From Patescibacteria group bacterium (GTDB taxonomy: Bacteria; Patescibacteriota; Minisyncoccia; Phycocordibacterales; JACOZG01): a DNA stretch of 64,000 nucleotides. Below are positions 57,821-64,000 of this stretch, one piece after another; the first letter of the stretch is position 1; each line of letters opens with the position of its first letter. The translations under genes and the position numbers were made by a program. The DNA lies in assembly GCA_038064435.1 (NCBI GenBank), contig JBBTTC010000001.1, positions 3,170 through 67,169 of the forward strand. Direction: 5' to 3'. The notes below the pieces were generated by a model that saw only the letters and a program-made list of their open reading frames with translations, searched no databases and was not told the DNA's origin.

Positions 57821-58080
57821 TCTAGTTCCAATATTTGTTCCATCGCTTGTATTTTAACGACCGTTAATTTACGAACAATCGAATTTTTAAAGGTGAGTGT
57901 CTCCAATTTCATACGATCGTAGCAAGTTTGGGACGGGTGAAAATTGGATTCACAAGGGGCTTGTTTGGGTGTGCCAAATGCTTGACACACGTGTTGTGTT
58001 GTGCTACGATCAGACCGGATTTAAAATTGAGGTTTTTATCGTTAACACGTGTTGATTATGAATGCCAACTAGAAAGGAAA

Positions 58081-58518
58081 ATGTTTATGTTCTATTCTGA
58101 TGGGCAACCGAAGTCTGGACACACTCATCGAGAGGCCCCTTCTATGTGCATTACAGATGAGACTCTTGATAAGTTGGGAGAGTTAAATGAGGAAGATCGT
58201 CGGTTGGTTGAAGACATGATCCAGAATTGTGTCTTCTGCAAGCGAATCTGGTTATTCCATGGTAGTCGAGAAACCAAGAAGCCGGAATTTCCTCCCGTCG
58301 ATGATTCCTTCATGCAGAAGGCCGAGGAATTGTTCCGCGGCGAAGGTGAGGGAGCCGAAAAGCTTCTGGAAGAAGTGGCTCGACGCTTGTTCAAGATCAA
58401 CATGATCAACAGACCGTTAGTTCAGCGTGTGATAGGTGAAGTTTACGGCTCTGTACCAACGCCACTCGATTTTTCCGAACGACTTATGGAAAAGCTCCAG
58501 AAGTTGCGTAAACAATAG
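58081..58518 (+). CDS. Hypothetical protein
   Basis: TTGACA-17-TACGAT promoter, GAAAGGA SD before ATG 58081, hairpin terminator at 58560-58599. Confidence 0.6.
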   Translation: MFMFYSDGQPKSGHTHREAPSMCITDETLDKLGELNEEDRRLVEDMIQNCVFCKRIWLFHGSRETKKPEFPPVDDSFMQKAEELFRGEGEGAEKLLEEVARRLFKINMINRPLVQRVIGEVYGSVPTPLDFSERLMEKLQKLRKQ

Positions 58519-58638
58519 GCTGTAGTTTGAGCCGTTTTGTCCCAGGTATGTATTTTTGTGCCACGTTTGTTCGCCACGGCGGGTGAACGTGGCTTTTTTC
58601 TTGCCTTTTGGGGGCTAGTCCACTATACTTTAAATTCT

Positions 58639-58857
58639 ATGGTTGTACGGATGAGACATACTCGGGCGCATACTGGCAATCGCCGGTCGCATCATGCTCT
58701 CACTGCACCACGGCTATCCAAATGCCCGAAGTGCAGTGAATTGCATTTGCGTCATCGGCTGTGTGCCAACTGCGGCTTTTACCGCGGCCGGATGGTGGTT
58801 GACGTGGCTGCGCGCGCGGCCAAAAAGGAAAAAAAGCAGGCCAAAAACAAGAAATAG
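58639..58857 (+). CDS. rpmF: 50S ribosomal protein L32
   Basis: [24 protein letters not shown]. Confidence 0.93.
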   Translation: MVVRMRHTRAHTGNRRSHHALTAPRLSKCPKCSELHLRHRLCANCGFYRGRMVVDVAARAAKKEKKQAKNKK

Positions 58858-58878
58858 TTTTTCAAAATTTAATACACA

Positions 58879-59781
58879 ATGGCTAATCGTCATTTATCGC
58901 GGAGCATTGCCGTTCAATCTCTGTTTGAGTGGGACTGCCGAGAAGGTGAAGGCGCTCCGATTGAAGAAATTCTCCGTCGCAATGTTGAGGAATTTGCTCC
59001 CGGCATTGAGGACTCGGTGTTTATTGAAAATTTGGTGAAGGGCGTGATTAAGCATCGGGTCGAACTCGACGACATCATCAGCAAGGCGGCGCCGGATTGG
59101 CCCATTGCCATGATCGCACCGGTGGATCGTAATGTTTTGCGTCTTGGTTTGTGCGAACTTTTATTTTCTGATCGCAAAGAGGTGCCGGCCAAGGTGGCCA
59201 TCAATGAAGCTATTGAAGTGGCTAAAACTTTTGGTGGGGAAGCCAGCGGCAAGTTTATTAATGGCGTGCTTGGTACGATCTACAAAGAGATGGGTGAGCC
59301 CGGGAAGGATGAAGTCTCGGCTCGCAAACGCCGTCCGCCCGAAGTTAGTTTTGAAGACATGCCGGTTGAAAAATTGGCCGGCGCCGTGATCTTTAATCGT
59401 GGCACGCGGGGAGTGGAGCTGGCACTGGTGCACGATATTTTTGGCTATTGGACAATGTCGAAAGGGCATATTGAAGCCAATGAAGATGCTCGCGCTGGTG
59501 TGGCGCGAGAAATCAAAGAAGAATTGTCGCTCGATCTTAAAATTATCAAAGAATTAGGCAATAATGAATATGTGGCTTTGGATCCGGAGAAGGGCAAAAT
59601 TAGAAAACAGGTGACCTATTTTTTGGCCGAGACCGAAAATCCGTCACGATTGCATTTAAATAAAGAACAGGGTTTGGATGATGCGCGTTGGTTCTCGGCC
59701 GCCGAAATCGGTGAGCTCAAAATCTATGACGACATCTTGCCGATCATCACCAAGGGCATTAGAATGATTGCGGCGACATGA
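58879..59781 (+). CDS. nusB: NusB fused to a C-terminal NUDIX domain
   Basis: DRNVLRLG..VAINEAIEVAK.FG..KFINGVLG then KGHIE..A.REIKEEL Nudix box. Confidence 0.9.
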   Translation: MANRHLSRSIAVQSLFEWDCREGEGAPIEEILRRNVEEFAPGIEDSVFIENLVKGVIKHRVELDDIISKAAPDWPIAMIAPVDRNVLRLGLCELLFSDRKEVPAKVAINEAIEVAKTFGGEASGKFINGVLGTIYKEMGEPGKDEVSARKRRPPEVSFEDMPVEKLAGAVIFNRGTRGVELALVHDIFGYWTMSKGHIEANEDARAGVAREIKEELSLDLKIIKELGNNEYVALDPEKGKIRKQVTYFLAETENPSRLHLNKEQGLDDARWFSAAEIGELKIYDDILPIITKGIRMIAAT

Positions 59782-60482
59782 ACGATTCTCGCGATTTTTC
59801 GAGTTTAGAAAAAAAAATAGGTTTGACTTTTTCCAATCCGGTTTTACTCAAACAGGCGTTGACCCATCGTTCGTATCTCAACGAACATAAGGATGTTTCT
59901 TGGGATCATAATGAACGTTTAGAATTTTTGGGCGACGCGGTGCTGGAGTTAATAATTACAGATTATTTGTTTCATCATTATCCGGCGGTGGCTGAGGGCG
60001 AGTTAACGGCCTATCGCTCGGCTCTGGTTAATGCCGATTTGGTGGCCGAGGTTGGAGTTGATCTGGATCTTAATGACTATTTATTTTTATCGCGGGGTGA
60101 AGCGCGCGACACTGGTCGCGCGCGACAAATAATTTTGGGCAATACGGTGGAAGCGTTGATTGGGGCCATTTATTTGGATCAAGATTTTAAGGTTGCACAG
60201 TCGTTCGTTGGCCGTTATTTTTTTCGGCGGGTTGACGAGATCGTGGCCAATAATCTCTGGCAAGATGCCAAAAGTTTTTTTCAAGAACAGGCGCAGGCCA
60301 AAGTTAACCTCACGCCCACTTATCAGGTTTTAAATGCTCTTGGTCCGGATCACAATAAGCGTTTTACCGTTGGTTTGTATTTGGGTTCGGCATTGGTAGC
60401 CACGGGTGAGGGGCACTCCAAACAAGAGGCCGAGCAAGCCGCCGCTCGTCTGGGCCTAGAGGAAAAGGGTTGGAAGCGGTAA
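59778..60482 (+). CDS. rnc: Ribonuclease III
   Basis: ALTHRSY, NERLEFLGDAVL, dsRBD. Confidence 0.97.
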   Translation: MNDSRDFSSLEKKIGLTFSNPVLLKQALTHRSYLNEHKDVSWDHNERLEFLGDAVLELIITDYLFHHYPAVAEGELTAYRSALVNADLVAEVGVDLDLNDYLFLSRGEARDTGRARQIILGNTVEALIGAIYLDQDFKVAQSFVGRYFFRRVDEIVANNLWQDAKSFFQEQAQAKVNLTPTYQVLNALGPDHNKRFTVGLYLGSALVATGEGHSKQEAEQAAARLGLEEKGWKR

Positions 60483-60486
60483 TGCC

Positions 60487-62724
60487 ATGCGTCTTAAAAA
60501 TCTCGAATTAACTGGCTTCAAGTCTTTTTATAAAAAGACGATTTTAACTTTTGACACGCCGATTGCCGCCATTGTTGGTCCCAATGGTTCGGGCAAGTCC
60601 AATGTGGCCGAGGCTTTTCGCTGGGTGCTCGGTGAGCAGTCGGTTAAGTCGTTGCGCGGCCGGCGTGGAGAGGACTTAATTTTTAACGGTACCGGTGCCA
60701 CTTCGCATCTTAATCGGGCCAGTGTTTCTCTGACCTTTGATAATCGCGATCATAAGTTTAATTTGCCGTACGAAGAAATCATTTTAACGCGCGAGGTGTA
60801 TCGTGATGGTGTCAATAATTATTTAATCAACGGTTCAGCCGTGCGCTTACGCGACATTGTGGAATTGTTGGCTGCGGTCTCGCTTGGTGCCTCGGGGCAC
60901 CACATTATTAGTCAGGGCGAGGCGGATCGTTTGCTGGGCGCCAGTTTACTGGAGCGACGGTCGATGATCGAAGATGCGCTTGGACTCAAAATTTATCAAT
61001 GGAAAATTGGTGAGAGCCAGCGTAAGTTCCACAAGACAGAAGAAAATTTACGACAGGTGGCGGCGCGCCGCCAAGAGATTGCGCCGCATTTGCGTTTTCT
61101 CAAAAAAGAAGTTGATAAAATGTCTAAGGCTGATGACTTGCGCCGAGATTTAGTGGTAAAGTATTTGGATTATTTTTCTCATCTCGATAAATATTTGCGT
61201 GAGGAAGCAGCGGTTGTGGCGCGCGGCCGCGCGCCAATTCAAGCGGAATTGTCGCGCTTGAATGAGCAGTTAAAAAAATCCGAACATAATGATGTAACTA
61301 AACCAGTTGCCGATGAGCTTAAGCCAAAATTGGAGGCGGAGATAAAGAAACTAGAAAACGAGAAATCAGAATTAGTGCGACGTTTAGGGCGATGGGATGG
61401 ATTGCTGGAATCAAAAGATTGGGCGGATGATAGAGTAATTGAACAATCAACCTTACCTCGGACGGCAGTTGAAGAATTAATTAAAACCATTCGCTCCTGC
61501 GTTGCCTCGGCTCGAGCAATGAATGACTTTATTTTGGTTCGGCAATCACTGGATCGGCTGGAGGCGGCGCTGGATAACTTTTGGCTATCGGCTAGTCACC
61601 CAGTGGCAATTAGTGGCCGAGATCAGGCAGATAAAATTCGACGTCAGCAAACGGCCGACGTTGAAGCTTTACGTGTATTAGATAATCAGTTAACCGAGCG
61701 CGCCGCCGCGCTAGGGGCGGCGGAAAGCGCGGCCGCCGGGGCGGCGGCCGCGGAACAGTCGGCCCTGCGGGCCGTATTGGAACTCAAAATGCGCCGCAGT
61801 GAATTAGCGGTTGAAGAACAAACCTGGAATAATCGAGCCAGTAAACTTGAGGTTGATAAACAAAATTTTAAAATTGCACTGGAAGAAGCCGCAACGGTGG
61901 CCGGTGCGGCGGCCATTCGTTATGGAACAGTGACCAGCGAACTTTCAACAACTGAGTTGGAGTCTCGGCGCCGCGAGATCGAGAAGCTTAAATTGCGCCT
62001 TGAAGATATGGGTGCGCCACGGGAGGAGGTGATGACCGAGTATCGCGAAACGCAGGCCCGAGAAGAATTTTTAGCTCGCGAGGTGACTGATCTGGAGAAA
62101 AGCGCTGAATCACTCAAGTTGATTATTGCTGAACTGCAGATTAAAATCGATCGTGAGTTTAAGCGCGGTCTGGACTTAGTTAATGAAGCATTCAAGAAAT
62201 TTTTTGTCACCATGTTTGGCGGCGGTACTGCGTCGTTGGTGGTGATGCGCAAAACTAAGCGATCGCGCCGTAGTGACCTGGAATTATTAACCGATGAAGA
62301 GGCGGCCGCGGCTGCCAGCGAAAGCCCGTCTCCGGGTGGCGTTGAGGGGAGCGAAGTTGAGGGAGAGGAAGGAGTGGAAATTAACGTTAGTTTGCCACGC
62401 AAGAAGATCAAGAGTTTAGAAATGCTTTCGGGCGGGGAACGGGCGCTTACCTCCATTGCTCTTTTGTTTGCTATGTCGCAAGTTAACCCGCCGCCATTTT
62501 TAATTTTAGACGAAACTGATGCGGCGCTAGATGAATCAAACTCGCGAAAGTATGGCGAGATGATCAGCGACTTAGCTCGCCATTCGCAATTGATCTTGAT
62601 TACCCACAATCGCGAAACGATGTCGCGTGCCGATTTACTCTATGGTGTAACTATGGGCGGCGACGGTGTGTCCAAACTTTTGTCCATCAAATTTGACGAC
62701 GCCCAAGCCTATGCTAAGCAATAA
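60487..62724 (+). CDS. smc: Short SMC-family chromosome segregation ATPase
   Basis: GFKSF, GPNGSGKSN, LSGGE, LDETDAALD; only 745 aa. Confidence 0.88.
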   Translation: MRLKNLELTGFKSFYKKTILTFDTPIAAIVGPNGSGKSNVAEAFRWVLGEQSVKSLRGRRGEDLIFNGTGATSHLNRASVSLTFDNRDHKFNLPYEEIILTREVYRDGVNNYLINGSAVRLRDIVELLAAVSLGASGHHIISQGEADRLLGASLLERRSMIEDALGLKIYQWKIGESQRKFHKTEENLRQVAARRQEIAPHLRFLKKEVDKMSKADDLRRDLVVKYLDYFSHLDKYLREEAAVVARGRAPIQAELSRLNEQLKKSEHNDVTKPVADELKPKLEAEIKKLENEKSELVRRLGRWDGLLESKDWADDRVIEQSTLPRTAVEELIKTIRSCVASARAMNDFILVRQSLDRLEAALDNFWLSASHPVAISGRDQADKIRRQQTADVEALRVLDNQLTERAAALGAAESAAAGAAAAEQSALRAVLELKMRRSELAVEEQTWNNRASKLEVDKQNFKIALEEAATVAGAAAIRYGTVTSELSTTELESRRREIEKLKLRLEDMGAPREEVMTEYRETQAREEFLAREVTDLEKSAESLKLIIAELQIKIDREFKRGLDLVNEAFKKFFVTMFGGGTASLVVMRKTKRSRRSDLELLTDEEAAAAASESPSPGGVEGSEVEGEEGVEINVSLPRKKIKSLEMLSGGERALTSIALLFAMSQVNPPPFLILDETDAALDESNSRKYGEMISDLARHSQLILITHNRETMSRADLLYGVTMGGDGVSKLLSIKFDDAQAYAKQ

Positions 62725-62732
62725 TTTATTTG

Positions 62733-64000
62733 TTAAACCATCGTGAAATCGAGTTGGCGCAGAGCGAGATCGGCGGCGATGAGTTTAACTTGCACTGGGT
62801 CGCCTAGGCGGTAACGCCGGCCGGAGCGTTCGCCCACCACAGCGTAATTTTTTTCGTCAAAAATATAATAATCATCACCCAGTTCGGCTAAACGCACTAA
62901 ACCGTCGGCTAAAGTTTCTTTTTCCTCCACATAAATGCCCCATTTGGTGATGCCGGAGATGGTAGCGGCAAAAGTTTGGCCGATGTGTGCCTGTAAAAAT
63001 TCCACCTGTTTGTATTTAACCGAGTCCCGTTCGGCGTCGGCGGCTTCTTGTTCGCGGATTGAGGAATGGACGACCAAACGCAAATAATTTTTGAGTAAAT
63101 CGGCTGGCGGTGTTTCTCCCCGTAGGTAGTAGTCGAGCAGGCGATGGACCATCACGTCGGGGTAACGACGAATGGGGGAAGTAAAGTGAGTGTAATGCTC
63201 AAAAGCCAGGCCGTAGTGGCCAATATTTTCGGTTGAATAAATGGCTTTGGCCATGGAGCGCATCAGAGCAGTGTTGATAAGAGCCTCCTCGGGTTGACCA
63301 CGGACGCTCAATAAAAATTGATTAACCAAGCGGGAGGCGATGGTGCCATCTTTGACTTCTAGACGGTAACCGAGACGGTGAAGAAAATCGGCTAGTTCGG
63401 CGAGGCGCTCGGCATCGGGGGCGTCATGGATGCGGTACACAAATTTGTATTTGGCATCTTTAATAATGGCCGACACGTGTTCGGCTACACGACGATTAGC
63501 CAAGAGCATAAAATCTTCTACTAACCGATGGCTGTCGCCACGCTCTTTCTTTATCACTTCAATCGGCCGGCCTGCGGCGTCAAGTCGAAATTTGATCTCG
63601 GTTTTTTCAAAAGCGATAGCACCCGCGGCAAACTTTTTTTCGCGCAAACGATACGCCAATTGGTTGAGGGTTTTTAGTTCGACGGCGTAATCACCTTGGA
63701 CGGTAGCTAGCACGTGCTCGGCCTCTTCATAACTAAAACGGCGATGAGAATGAATAATCGTTCGGCCAAACCAGTTAGATTTAATCTCACCCTCAGTGTT
63801 TAAAGTAAAAACTGCCGAAAAAGCTAGCTTGTCTTCATTGGGATTGAGACTGCAAAGATCGTCCGATAAAATTTCCGGCAACATGGGGATAGTGCGATCC
63901 ACCAAATAAATTGACGTGGCGCGATTTTGCGCCTCGCGGTCAAGTGCTGTGCCCGGCCGGAGGTAGTGAGCCACATCAGCAATATGCACCCCAACTTCCC
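62733..64000 (-). CDS. rnr: Ribonuclease R, C-terminal part (5' truncated by window)
   Basis: HIADV.HY, DLCSL, EDFMLLAN, HFTSPIRRYPD, S1 domain. Confidence 0.93.
   Translation of the reverse strand, partial: EVGVHIADVAHYLRPGTALDREAQNRATSIYLVDRTIPMLPEILSDDLCSLNPNEDKLAFSAVFTLNTEGEIKSNWFGRTIIHSHRRFSYEEAEHVLATVQGDYAVELKTLNQLAYRLREKKFAAGAIAFEKTEIKFRLDAAGRPIEVIKKERGDSHRLVEDFMLLANRRVAEHVSAIIKDAKYKFVYRIHDAPDAERLAELADFLHRLGYRLEVKDGTIASRLVNQFLLSVRGQPEEALINTALMRSMAKAIYSTENIGHYGLAFEHYTHFTSPIRRYPDVMVHRLLDYYLRGETPPADLLKNYLRLVVHSSIREQEAADAERDSVKYKQVEFLQAHIGQTFAATISGITKWGIYVEEKETLADGLVRLAELGDDYYIFDEKNYAVVGERSGRRYRLGDPVQVKLIAADLALRQLDFTMV

Noticed and set aside
60550-60559. Exact 10-nt match of unit U right segment (TTTGACACGC) inside smc
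   Set aside because: The partner segment does not match next to it, and a lone 10-mer hit among twelve segments in a 64-kb window is unremarkable.

Overview
Bacterial chromosomal window, genetic code 11, most consistent with a Patescibacteria/CPR (Parcubacteria-like) genome. That assignment is inferred from trimmed ThrRS/AlaRS/Smc/PriA, a giant LVIVD-repeat surface protein and mostly SD-less, apparently leaderless core genes. Most of the window is housekeeping: secA, murB, gatB, degP, fmt/def/priA, alaS, infA-rpmJ-rpsM-rpsK-rpsD-rpoA-rplQ-rplM-rpsI, grpE-dnaK-dnaJ, proS, mreBC-mrdA, greA, lysS, mraZ-rsmH-ftsL-ftsI-murF, ddl, thrS, dnaE, rnhB, rpmF, nusB, rnc, smc, rnr, plus tRNA-Asp(GTC) and tRNA-Glu(CTC). 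The standout locus is 10.1-13.0 kb. An IS110/Nop-domain (Tas-like) protein whose RuvC-type catalytic residues appear lost is surrounded by six stem-loop units sharing one architecture: stem-GAT-N10-TTY-hairpin-RAT-N10-TTC-stem. One unit lies in the 5' leader, three lie downstream, and two form a separate orphan mini-array with a copy of the same promoter and terminator. This looks like a TIGR-Tas/bridge-RNA-like RNA-guided system that may be nuclease-dead. Other points of interest are a GIY-YIG gene flanked by palindromes and a disrupted tRNA-Glu fragment, an in-frame palindromic insertion in alaS, self-contained orphan-gene cassettes, a catalytically degenerate HD-like protein and a methyltransferase split by one in-frame TGA. 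All calls come from reading the sequence by eye; no searches were run.
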